This document shows positions 10,477 to 19,713 of a stretch of 64,000 nucleotides of DNA, piece after piece. Numbering within the stretch: position 1 is the first letter of the stretch; each line of letters starts with the position of its first letter. The stretch is from Oligoflexia bacterium. GTDB lineage: Bacteria; Bdellovibrionota; Bdellovibrionia; JABDDW01. Below the pieces are notes generated by a model. It saw only the letters and a list, made by a program, of their open reading frames with translations. It was not told where the DNA came from and did not search any database. Position numbers and translations under genes: made by a program. The stretch covers positions 62,816 through 126,815 of the forward strand of contig JAYTHU010000062.1 in the NCBI GenBank assembly GCA_043732305.1. Reading direction: 5' to 3'.

Positions 10477-11757
10477 TTATGCGGATTCAGCTTCAGCTTT
10501 TGCCGTTGAGGCTTTCATTTCCTCGTCGGTGTAGTACGTCATCCCTGGCGGTTTCCCGTCATTGATGACTCCTGCATCTATGATACATTCTTTCACGTTA
10601 TTTTTAGAAGGTATTTCGTACATAATATCCAACATTGATTGCTCAATGATGGCGCGAAGTCCTCGCGCGCCAGTTTTGCGTTGGATAGCCTGTTTAGCAA
10701 TTGCCTTCAATGCATCATCTGTGAAGCTAAGTTTGACATTTTCATATTCGAAAAGACGTTTGTACTGCTTGGTGAGAGCGTTTTTTGGTTTGATTAAAAT
10801 TTCGATCAAAGCCTCTTCGGTCAATTCTTCCAAAATAGCCATTACAGGTAACCGCCCAATGAATTCAGGAATCAATCCGTATTTCACCAAGTCATCAGGT
10901 TGCATGCTATTGAGAGTTTTGCTGAGATTTTTTTCTTTGGTGCTTCGAATATCGGCACCAATACCTAAACTCTTGTTGTCCACGCGATTATCCACGATCT
11001 TATCTAACCCGACGAAAGCCCCGCCGCAGATAAACAAAATATTGCTCGTGTTCACTTGAATGAACTCTTGTTGAGGATGTTTACGTCCGCCTTTGGGAGG
11101 CAAATTAGCAACCGTTCCTTCAATGATTTTAAGTAGCGCTTGTTGAACACCTTCACCGCTCACATCGCGAGTGATAGAAGGATTTTCAGATTTTCTAGAA
11201 ATTTTATCGATCTCATCTATGTAGATGACGCCGCGCTGAGCACGATCAACATCATAGTCAGCTGATTGCAATAAATTGAGAACAACGTTTTCAACGTCTT
11301 CACCAACATATCCAGCTTCTGTCAATGCGGTGGCATCAGCCATAGCAAAGGGAACGTTCAAAATTTTTGCTATAGTTTGTGCGAGCAAAGTTTTGCCTGA
11401 TCCTGTGGGACCAATCAGCAAGATATTACTCTTCGAAATTTCGATATCACCTTTAGAGCGATGAGAAATGGAATTGATGCGTTTGTAATGATTGTGAACG
11501 GCGACGGCTAAAGACTTCTTAGCTTTTTCCTGACCAATAACGTAATCATCCAAGAAAAGTTTGATGTCGAGAGGCTTCGGAACTTTATGAGTTCCGGACT
11601 TGATCTCTTCTCTCTCTTTTTCTTCAACGATAATATCGTTACAAAGGTCAATACACTCGTTGCAGATGTAAACGTTGGGACCCGCAATAAGTTTTTTGAC
11701 TTCTTTTTGGTTCTTTCCACAGAAACTACAATTCAATGTTGCAGCCATTTTTTCCAT
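10477..11757 (-). CDS. clpX: ATP-dependent Clp protease ATP-binding subunit ClpX
   Basis: CSFCGK zinc finger, [32 protein letters not shown]. Confidence 0.98.
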   Translation of the reverse strand: MEKMAATLNCSFCGKNQKEVKKLIAGPNVYICNECIDLCNDIIVEEKEREEIKSGTHKVPKPLDIKLFLDDYVIGQEKAKKSLAVAVHNHYKRINSISHRSKGDIEISKSNILLIGPTGSGKTLLAQTIAKILNVPFAMADATALTEAGYVGEDVENVVLNLLQSADYDVDRAQRGVIYIDEIDKISRKSENPSITRDVSGEGVQQALLKIIEGTVANLPPKGGRKHPQQEFIQVNTSNILFICGGAFVGLDKIVDNRVDNKSLGIGADIRSTKEKNLSKTLNSMQPDDLVKYGLIPEFIGRLPVMAILEELTEEALIEILIKPKNALTKQYKRLFEYENVKLSFTDDALKAIAKQAIQRKTGARGLRAIIEQSMLDIMYEIPSKNNVKECIIDAGVINDGKPPGMTYYTDEEMKASTAKAEAESA

Positions 11758-11775
11758 CCCTGTTTCCTAGCTTTT

Positions 11776-12384
11776 TTAAGCAGGAGTCTTAACACTCTTT
11801 CGTTCGGCGACCACCACGTCCACTAGACCATAAGCCAGAGCATCCTCAGCGGACATGTAGTTGTCACGATCCATATCTTTTTCAAGACGCTCGTAAGGCT
11901 GCCCAGTATGCTTGACGTACAACTTGGTAAGTCTTTTCTTCATGTCAACAAATTCGCGGGCATGAATTTCAATGTCGCTGACTTGTCCTTGTAAACCACC
12001 CGTGATGATAGGTTGGTGAATCATTACTCTTCCGTGCGGAAGAATATGACGCTTGCCTTTGGTCCCTGCCATTAAAAGCAGTGAACCCATGCTTGCTGCC
12101 ATGCCGGTGCAGTAGGTTTGAACATCACACTTTACAAATTGCATAATGTCGTAAATCCCCAAGCCCGAGGTAACACTACCGCCAGGTGAATTGATATATA
12201 AGTGAATGTCCTTTTCAGGGTTCTCCATCTCAAGGAATAAAATCTGCGCGATTACAACGTTGGCGACTTGGTCGTCAATAGCCGAGCCTAAAAAGATAAT
12301 TCTATCTTTTAACAGGCGCGAGTAAATATCGTAACTGCGTTCCCCTCGAGGAGTTTGCTCAACAACTATAGGTATAAGAGCCAT
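11776..12384 (-). CDS. clpP: ATP-dependent Clp protease proteolytic subunit
   Basis: [30 protein letters not shown]; start moved to ATG 12384 ([10 protein letters not shown]) behind GGAGGA RBS. Confidence 0.97.
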   Translation of the reverse strand: MALIPIVVEQTPRGERSYDIYSRLLKDRIIFLGSAIDDQVANVVIAQILFLEMENPEKDIHLYINSPGGSVTSGLGIYDIMQFVKCDVQTYCTGMAASMGSLLLMAGTKGKRHILPHGRVMIHQPIITGGLQGQVSDIEIHAREFVDMKKRLTKLYVKHTGQPYERLEKDMDRDNYMSAEDALAYGLVDVVVAERKSVKTPA

Positions 12385-12618
12385 CTCGATCCTCCAGACA
12401 TAAGCATAACACCGGTTGATGCTCTGTCTATCAAAAATAAATATCTTCAGAGTCCAGTTTAGTGAGTCATTTGAAATAGTTACACGCAGAGACATAAAGT
12501 TTTTTGTCTGATTATTGACGGGCAATAAGTAGAGGAAAAGAATTTGACTAAGTCCAGTTGCGACCTATACTCGTCTACGCATCAGATTACATGTCTAAAC
12601 TTTGACGTAGGGAGATAT

Positions 12619-14163
12619 ATGGAATTGAAATGTGAAAGCATTGCAGCAAGTCATTCAAAATCACAGTGCTTAGTTTTGTTTGCGTCGAGCACAGGCAGCA
12701 AAATGTCCCCACAAATATCGCTAGATATAAAAGGCAAAGAATTGTCTGGAGCATTAGCGTTAATACAAAAATCATTCTCCGAAAAACGATTCAAAGGCGC
12801 CGCAAAAGACTCCGTCTTTTTCCGCGATGTGAATGTTTCTGGTTTTGAAAGCATGATGGTAGTTGGGCTTGGAGATAAAAAAGATATCTCTGAAGAAACT
12901 ATTCGCTCAGCTGGAGCCATCGTCACAAAAACTCTCACTAAAGAAAAAATGCTCTCAGCCACGGTCGCTATTGAGAGTCTTCGTCGGCTGACTTCGGATG
13001 CAGCTGGTAGTGGCCGCGCATTAAGTGAAGGTTTGTTACTAGCTTCCTACAAATATGACGAATTAAAATCTAAACCCAAAGGTGAAGAGGCTGCGGCAAA
13101 AGCTCCCGCGATGGTGATTAAGTTTGCTCTTGCTGACAAAGCTGCGCTTATGAAATTTGCTGATGGCGTAGACCTCGGCGAGATCATGAGCGAAGCAACA
13201 AACTTCAGTCGAGATCTTGGAAACGGCCCTGGTAATTATATTACTCCTACAAATTTAGCGGAACGTGCTCGCACCGCCTCCAAAGGTTTACCCATCAAGT
13301 TTCAAGCGCTAAACAAAAAACAGATAGAAGCTTTGAAGATGGGATCTTTCTTAGGTGTGAATCAAGGCAGCACAGAAGAGCCTCGATTTATCATCATGGA
13401 ATATTTTGGCGCGGCGAAAAGTAAAAAGCCCGTCGTTCTTGTAGGAAAAGGTCTCACCTTTGATACTGGTGGAATAAGTATCAAGCCTGGTGCAGCGATG
13501 GAAGAAATGAAATTCGACATGTGCGGTGGTGCCGCTGTTATTGGAACTATTTTAGCTCTCGCAAAAATGAAAGCCAAAGTCAACGTCGTCGCGCTTGTTC
13601 CCTCGACAGACAATATGCCTGATGGCAATTCCATGAAACCTGGAGATGTACTTACATCTCGCAATGGCAAAACTATTGAAGTGAATAACACTGATGCAGA
13701 AGGTCGATTGATTCTATGTGACGCTCTCGTTTATGCCTGTGATCACTACGAACCCGCAGCTATCATTGACGCGGCTACCTTGACCGGCGCATGTGTTGTT
13801 GCTCTTGGAAACGTCTTCGCGGGATTCTTTTGCAAAGATAAAAATCTTTTAAAGAAAATTAACGAAGCGTCCATCAGCAGTGGTGAAAAAATCTGGCAAC
13901 TGCCTTTAGTTGATGCTTATGTTGACGACATGAAAGGCACTTATGCCGATCTTTCGAACATTGCTATGGGAGTTAAAGGTGGCGGATCTTCGCAGGGAGC
14001 AGCTTTCTTAAGTCAATTTGTGACCGAGGGGATACCTTGGGCACATTTTGATATTGCGGCCACCGCGTGGCATTTGGGCGGACGCTACAATTACAATCCC
14101 GATCGCGGAGCTTCCGGTTTTGCCGTAAGACTATTTGCTGATTTGGTTTTGAGTTTGGCGTAA
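12619..14163 (+). CDS. pepA: Leucyl aminopeptidase (M17)
   Basis: GKGLTFDTGG, MKFDMCG, NTDAEGRL, ATLTGA. Reads on + strand (GGGAG RBS, ATG 12619, TAA 14161-14163) although the ORF track labels it '-'. Confidence 0.96.
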   Translation: MELKCESIAASHSKSQCLVLFASSTGSKMSPQISLDIKGKELSGALALIQKSFSEKRFKGAAKDSVFFRDVNVSGFESMMVVGLGDKKDISEETIRSAGAIVTKTLTKEKMLSATVAIESLRRLTSDAAGSGRALSEGLLLASYKYDELKSKPKGEEAAAKAPAMVIKFALADKAALMKFADGVDLGEIMSEATNFSRDLGNGPGNYITPTNLAERARTASKGLPIKFQALNKKQIEALKMGSFLGVNQGSTEEPRFIIMEYFGAAKSKKPVVLVGKGLTFDTGGISIKPGAAMEEMKFDMCGGAAVIGTILALAKMKAKVNVVALVPSTDNMPDGNSMKPGDVLTSRNGKTIEVNNTDAEGRLILCDALVYACDHYEPAAIIDAATLTGACVVALGNVFAGFFCKDKNLLKKINEASISSGEKIWQLPLVDAYVDDMKGTYADLSNIAMGVKGGGSSQGAAFLSQFVTEGIPWAHFDIAATAWHLGGRYNYNPDRGASGFAVRLFADLVLSLA

Positions 14164-14189
14164 AACGTTTTCCTCGGGGGAGGCATACC

Positions 14190-14675
14190 ATTCGTTCACT
14201 TGGTTTTATTGTAATTTTGAGCTTCGCATTCATAGGGATTTCTGCCTTTGGAAATCCCTGTCCAGCGACTTTGAGTCTGGTGATGGTTGAATTCACGACT
14301 CACTTGAATGAAGCCGAAACAACTCTTCTCCAAGCTAGAGCGGGAAAAAGCATTTCCATAGAGCAAATTCAAATAGCTATCGGACATGTGGAAGCAGCTA
14401 AACTTTCAACAGTTCAAGCTGCCGAAAAAGCAAAAACTTCCATGAAACCTAAAAAGTGGGCAACCCTGGCTCTGGATAAAAGGGACTTGTTTCTAGAAAA
14501 ATATGATACCGCCATGTGGGATTTTGCGGAGATATTAGAAAATTACCAAAAAGCTTTTGAAAATTGGAAACTCGCTACAATCTCAGGACAAGGCGCGAAC
14601 TATGATTTTCTAGAGTTATCGAATATGAAATTAAAAGTTCAGGCCTTTGCTGGCGACGCTCATCACAAATTCTAA
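14190..14675 (+). CDS. Secreted hypothetical helical protein (probable ATT start)
   Basis: GGGGGAGG RBS 6 nt before in-frame ATT at 14190 giving signal peptide MRSLGFIVILSFAFIGISAFG; track start TTG 14217 truncates it. Confidence 0.65.
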   Translation: MRSLGFIVILSFAFIGISAFGNPCPATLSLVMVEFTTHLNEAETTLLQARAGKSISIEQIQIAIGHVEAAKLSTVQAAEKAKTSMKPKKWATLALDKRDLFLEKYDTAMWDFAEILENYQKAFENWKLATISGQGANYDFLELSNMKLKVQAFAGDAHHKF

Positions 14676-14684
14676 ATTAAAAGA

Positions 14685-15119
14685 TCACTCTAGAAATCGA
14701 GATTTTTCAGAAGCGGTAGGCAGGCGGCAGGAATTTTTTTTGCCGAACCAAGCGTAGCGATTTTTCGCGATAATCTTATAAACGACATCTGATATAGGCG
14801 AGGGAATGATTTTTAAAATTCCGAGCAATTTCCACGCGCCACCAAGGGAAATCAGGATTTTCAATACGGCATTAGATCGAAGGTAGATTTGCCCGTCTTC
14901 CCAGAGAATAATTGAATCCATTTTTTCAATATAATGAGCGGGGAGCATCTTTTCCGCTGTTTCACCTTGCAAAGAAGCCACCTGAAATTTCCGGCTCACG
15001 TCATATCGGAAAAGAAAATCCACAAAACCATTGCAGAGACTGCAAAGGCCATCGAAAAACACAATTGGTTTTGCATTTGGAGAGTTCATAGTTCTAAGAT
15101 ATACAGGATACAGGGGCAT
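14685..15119 (-). CDS. DCC family thiol-disulfide oxidoreductase (DUF393/YuxK-like)
   Basis: FFDGLCSLCNG (DxxCxxC), ASLQG, RSNAVL, YKIIAKNRYAWFG. Confidence 0.92.
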   Translation of the reverse strand: MPLYPVYLRTMNSPNAKPIVFFDGLCSLCNGFVDFLFRYDVSRKFQVASLQGETAEKMLPAHYIEKMDSIILWEDGQIYLRSNAVLKILISLGGAWKLLGILKIIPSPISDVVYKIIAKNRYAWFGKKNSCRLPTASEKSRFLE

Positions 15120-15295
15120 GGAAAGCGGTTTTTAAGTTCGGCGGGCGGGAATGGAATCATAGCGGGAGGATTTGTGAACACGATGTCTCCGAGTTACTTA
15201 CAGATGAAGCTCCTAGAAAAGTGACGCTTTCCGGCTTTCACTTGTAGGTTCTACTTTCCAAAATCTTCCATCAGCAACACATCCAGATAAGGCCG

Positions 15296-15311
15296 CGGCA
15301 CCAGGATTGCT
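15296..15311 (+). promoter_or_regulatory. Putative sigma54 (-24/-12) promoter
   Basis: CGGCAC-CAGGA-TTGCT, exact GG-N10-GC spacing, 43 nt upstream of ATG 15355. Confidence 0.6.
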
Positions 15312-15354
15312 CATATCCCAGATGTTATTAATTTTGAACTTACTGGAGTATGAA

Positions 15355-15951
15355 ATGTCATCGAAATCTATGTCGTCACTTGCCCTCGCCGAATTTACAG
15401 TTGTGCTTGCTAGCGCGCTTTTCTGTGCTCCTATCGCAAACGCAGCAGCGGTGAGTCATTCTTCAATCAAACATAATATTCGCGAGATCGTCACCTATGA
15501 TGCTGAAGCCATGGAGAAAATGGTGAACAGAGCGATCAATTCCCATGAAACAGATGACAATGCTTTCTATTCTGATGCGGCGGATGTTCTTGCAACCATC
15601 GTGTTGGTTCATCCCCGTTTTGCCGAGCGGGAAGCTGGATTGAGTCGATTGAAATCGAAAATGGATCAGGAAGAATTTTACGAAGTCATGAGACGAGCCG
15701 CAACAAAACTTCAGGTGACCCTCAAAGATGCTGAAGCGTCACCCTCGGATCAAGCTTCTGCTTTAGTCGCACTCACAAACTGGGTCGTCGAAGCTCGCCA
15801 TTTGCCAGAAGATCAAGTTCAGCCCACTTTAGAAGTTATTGCTAAAAGCGATTTTCAAATTTCAGACGCCGCTCGTGACTTTGGTCGAGAGCCTCTCGAG
15901 CATTTGATTTCTCCGAGCGAAGAAGCAAAAGCAGCTCTCGCTAAAAACTAA
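15355..15951 (+). CDS. Secreted hypothetical protein
   Basis: GGAG RBS before ATG 15355; hydrophobic leader ending ANA. Confidence 0.7.
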   Translation: MSSKSMSSLALAEFTVVLASALFCAPIANAAAVSHSSIKHNIREIVTYDAEAMEKMVNRAINSHETDDNAFYSDAADVLATIVLVHPRFAEREAGLSRLKSKMDQEEFYEVMRRAATKLQVTLKDAEASPSDQASALVALTNWVVEARHLPEDQVQPTLEVIAKSDFQISDAARDFGREPLEHLISPSEEAKAALAKN

Positions 15952-16100
15952 ATTATTTTCCTCGTGGCAGGGGTAAAAGGCGAACCAATTCAAATACGGC
16001 CTAAGCCAAGTCAAATTTGTGGCTCATATCACTCGACAAACCGCCTTAAAATCAATAGAAAGAGAGCTAGCCAGAGAATTAAAAAGACCTTAGGGAACAT

Positions 16101-18872
16101 ATGAAAAAAACTGCGCCTGAAAAACTTGTCGATCTTGCCCTATTGGAAAAAACCGCCAAACTCGCTCATTACTACGCGATGGCCATGATCGATCAAGCGA
16201 ATCATCATCGAGAAAAAGATCGCACGGATCCAAAAATCGGCGGACATCCTGCGGCTTGTTCCAGCGCGCTGCATATTCTGGGAGCCCTCCATCTTCACGT
16301 CAAAGGACCGTTTGATCATTTGGCCATCAAACCCCATGCGAGTCCCGCTGATCACGCTTACAATTTCCTACTCAAAAATCTTTTCACTCCGGGCACTTTG
16401 GATCGCCTGAGCGATGAAGACATGAAAACAGCGATGCACGGATTGAGAAAATTCTCTCAAAACGGTGAGCCGGTTTTCCAAAGTTATCATTCTGCGTTTG
16501 ATCCAGACGGACTTAACTTTTTACCTTCCGGTAGCGTGGGAATTCCACCTGTGAAAGCCGCCTACTTAGCTCTCGCTTATCGTTATGCCGAAGAACACGG
16601 TTACAAAGTTCCTCCTGGCGCGCATTTTTGGTGCTTGATTGGTGACAGTGAATTTCGTGAAGGCTCACTTTATGAAGCGATGCCCGATGCCGCCGAGCGC
16701 GAAGTCGGAACTGTGACTTGGATCATCGATTACAATCGTCAATCACTGGATGGTCACAGAATCACCAACAGACAAATTATGGGCGGGACAGATGATATGC
16801 GCATCGAGCGCACTGCAGCAGCAAATGGTTGGGAAGTGATTCAAGTTCGCCACGGTCGGATGCGCCAAGCGGCGTTCAATAAACCTGGCGGCGATATTTT
16901 CAAATCTGTTTTAGAAAATAGTTTTGACGATTATGAATATCAAAGTTTGCTTGGCTCTCGAGATGACGGAAAAATAAAAGAAACTTTTTTGCAAAAAAAT
17001 CCGGAACTAAAAACTTTTTTGGCCGGATTAAAAAATGGCGAAGTTTTTGATTTACTCCATGATCTTGGTGGTCATGACATGGCAGAAGTTATCGATGCTT
17101 TTGAAAAATCAAAAGTGAACAAGAAAAAACCAACATTAGTCATTTGCCACACAGTCAAAGGTTGGGGCCTTGAGTCCATGGCCGTTAGTGGAAATCACAG
17201 CACATTGCCGGAGGAAGCAGAGATGACATCTCTGCGGAAAGCTCAAAAAGTTCCCGCTGATAATATTTTTGCACGCCCCGAGGAACTAGTAGGTAGAACA
17301 GACGCAGCTGATATCGCAGCATTCGTAAAAACTCGCGGAGATAAATTGCACGAAGGATTCAAAGAGCAATTCCAGATGCGTGATGAAAATCAGGCGTTCT
17401 TCGCTGCTGACCTATCTAAGAACGGAACCATCCCAGAAACCATGGGCATCAACTTAAAGATGATGCCTATCGTTCACACTCAATGGATGCTTGGACAAAT
17501 CGCCGCAAAGATGACTCGAATAGCGAACACTTCACTAGATGAAACTAAACTTACAGAAAGACAACGCGTTCTTACTGAAGATGAAAAGCGCTGGAAGACA
17601 ATCAGCGAAGCATTGATCACCATGGCTCCTGACGTTGGAACATCAACCAATCTCAATCCCACCATGGACGGAAAAATCTTTGCACCAGAAATGGTTCAGG
17701 ATTACGAAACCGCCTACGACGTGAAAGATGCAAAATCTCCCGATGTGGTTCCTGGAGAAGAAGTATCTCATCGTCATTTGAGATTTGAAATTGCCGAAGG
17801 AAACGCCATGTCTTGCGCTGGCAGCTACGGAAAAATGCGCGACATCACAGGTATTCCGTTTCTACCGTTAATGACTGTTTATGATTTTTTTATCAAGCGT
17901 GCTCTCGATCAACTTTTTTACAATCTGTACTGGGGATCGAGTTTCATTTTGGTAGGAACACCTGCCGGTGTGTCTCTTTCACCCGAAGGCGCTCAACACG
18001 GATGGAAGAGTGACATTCAGATTCCAAACTTGATCACCTGGGAGCCAATGTTTGCTCTCGAGCTCGATTGGATTTTTTCTGAAAGTGCTAAACTTCACAT
18101 CGAAAATAAAAACCAAGGTCGCACGGGAGTTCTTATTCGCGCGGTAACTCGCGGAGTGGAACAGGGTGAGATGCTCAAACGTTTAAAGAAACATTCTCGA
18201 TTTGCGGCGCTCGACGAAAACGCGATTTTACAAGCCACACGCACCAATGCACTCAACGGCGGCTATTACCTGGTTGATCACAGAGGCGCGCAAGGTTATG
18301 AACCTGGTGACAACGTGATTAATATTTTTGCCATGGGAACAATGGGAACTGAAGCTTTAAAAGCTTCCGACACTTTGATGGCCAAAGGAATTTTTGCAAA
18401 TGTCATCATGGTTTCATCTCCCGATTTAATGGTAGGAAATTTAGCCCATGAAAATGGCTACAAGCATTTACGAGAAACTTTGGGCGTGAATTCTAATTTG
18501 CATTTGGTTCCCTATGTGAACGGAAACTCTATTCCTGCTGACGTTTTGACTTTAGCCGGCCGCCGCATCCCTTGCGTGAGCGTGCATGATGGCGAATCCG
18601 GACTACTGGACAACATTGGAAGCATCATTGGCGTGAAGCAAGAATGTCTTTCGGTCAGACATCACTCAAAGAGTGGGCGACCAGTAGAGATCTATGCTTA
18701 TCATCACATCAATGATGAAGCCGTGGTCGAAGCTTGTGGAAAAGCATTGGCAGAAACAGCACTCGAGCAAGTGAGTCTTTCCAGTCAAGTGCTGGCACAA
18801 ACACAAAACCAATTGCAGAAGAACTCTCATGATGACTTCAATAAAAACTGGCAGAATTACTGGCCCGGCTAA
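16101..18872 (+). CDS. Single-chain 2-oxoacid (pyruvate) dehydrogenase E1, AceE/transketolase-like
   Basis: KIGGHPAACSS, KPHASP, GSVG, TPP motif GDSEFREG...DYNRQSLDG, YDFF, PEGAQH. Confidence 0.85.
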   Translation: MKKTAPEKLVDLALLEKTAKLAHYYAMAMIDQANHHREKDRTDPKIGGHPAACSSALHILGALHLHVKGPFDHLAIKPHASPADHAYNFLLKNLFTPGTLDRLSDEDMKTAMHGLRKFSQNGEPVFQSYHSAFDPDGLNFLPSGSVGIPPVKAAYLALAYRYAEEHGYKVPPGAHFWCLIGDSEFREGSLYEAMPDAAEREVGTVTWIIDYNRQSLDGHRITNRQIMGGTDDMRIERTAAANGWEVIQVRHGRMRQAAFNKPGGDIFKSVLENSFDDYEYQSLLGSRDDGKIKETFLQKNPELKTFLAGLKNGEVFDLLHDLGGHDMAEVIDAFEKSKVNKKKPTLVICHTVKGWGLESMAVSGNHSTLPEEAEMTSLRKAQKVPADNIFARPEELVGRTDAADIAAFVKTRGDKLHEGFKEQFQMRDENQAFFAADLSKNGTIPETMGINLKMMPIVHTQWMLGQIAAKMTRIANTSLDETKLTERQRVLTEDEKRWKTISEALITMAPDVGTSTNLNPTMDGKIFAPEMVQDYETAYDVKDAKSPDVVPGEEVSHRHLRFEIAEGNAMSCAGSYGKMRDITGIPFLPLMTVYDFFIKRALDQLFYNLYWGSSFILVGTPAGVSLSPEGAQHGWKSDIQIPNLITWEPMFALELDWIFSESAKLHIENKNQGRTGVLIRAVTRGVEQGEMLKRLKKHSRFAALDENAILQATRTNALNGGYYLVDHRGAQGYEPGDNVINIFAMGTMGTEALKASDTLMAKGIFANVIMVSSPDLMVGNLAHENGYKHLRETLGVNSNLHLVPYVNGNSIPADVLTLAGRRIPCVSVHDGESGLLDNIGSIIGVKQECLSVRHHSKSGRPVEIYAYHHINDEAVVEACGKALAETALEQVSLSSQVLAQTQNQLQKNSHDDFNKNWQNYWPG

Positions 18873-19642
18873 TGGGATTCTTTTCTAAATTTAAATTTAG
18901 AGCCGAGCCCCATTTGACTTGGCATTTCTCGAGCGACATCAAAGACTCCTACTTTCGCCCGGTGATTGCGCTCATTCATAATTTTGGTGGCACTGAAGAA
19001 CATTTTCTCAAGCATGTGCAGTACTTGAATCAACTTGGATTTGACGCGGTAACTTTTGATCTAAGCTGGCATAAAAATGGCGACCGGGTTATTTTTTTTA
19101 GGCGAATCAGAAAAGCATGGTCGAAAGAAATTAAAACCGCTCTCACTGAAATTCTGCAAAAACGTGATATCATCGTTTTCACGTTCTCGGGCTTAGGGGC
19201 CTGCACTTTTGATGCGGTTGCGGAATTGCTTCCTAGGCATCGTGATAAAATCAAATCTTTGATTTTTGATTCTGGTCCTTTCGATGAGTACTCCACCTGT
19301 GTGGATAGAATGTTGGAATATTATTATGGAATAAAAACCAAATGGCTGAGGTCGGCGCTCACAAAACTTTTAGTTTTCGCTTGGGATCCGGAAAACTCGC
19401 AGACCACTCGCCAGAAAATAGCTGAAATTCTGAAACTTAAACCGGAATTGCCGGTCTTATCTATTGAGGGGGCAAGAGACAAAATCGTTCCCATAGCTTT
19501 TATTCAAAACTGCTTCGAAATGATTCGAAATACTTCACAGCACTTCACCCAAGTCATCTTTGAACTTGGTGGCCACTTGACAAGTTTTAAAGAAGAACCG
19601 GCCAAATATAAGGCAACCCTCCGTAAATTTCTTTTTGGTTGA
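18872..19642 (+). CDS. Alpha/beta hydrolase fold protein
   Basis: IHNFGG, TFSGLG nucleophile elbow, FDSGP, GARDKIVP, GGH. Confidence 0.75.
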   Translation: MGFFSKFKFRAEPHLTWHFSSDIKDSYFRPVIALIHNFGGTEEHFLKHVQYLNQLGFDAVTFDLSWHKNGDRVIFFRRIRKAWSKEIKTALTEILQKRDIIVFTFSGLGACTFDAVAELLPRHRDKIKSLIFDSGPFDEYSTCVDRMLEYYYGIKTKWLRSALTKLLVFAWDPENSQTTRQKIAEILKLKPELPVLSIEGARDKIVPIAFIQNCFEMIRNTSQHFTQVIFELGGHLTSFKEEPAKYKATLRKFLFG

Positions 19643-19713
19643 AAAACCACTCAAATATAACTAGTAAAGTAGCTCCACCCATATCCGCGAAAGCGAAGTA
19701 TTTAGGAGTTTCT

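Noticed and set aside
8144..11826. Many + strand ORFs antisense to lon/clpX/clpP (similar ones lie opposite pepA, trxB, lpdA, E2 and tig)
   Set aside because: Shadow ORFs of conserved genes; no recognisable motifs.
12385..12618. Long N-terminal extensions of ClpP and PepA in the track
   Set aside because: Better SD-associated ATGs exist at 12384 and 12619; this is the divergent promoter region.
19639..19713. Riboswitch ahead of the TonB-dependent receptor
   Set aside because: Only ~70 nt are available and no cobalamin/TPP consensus was recognisable.
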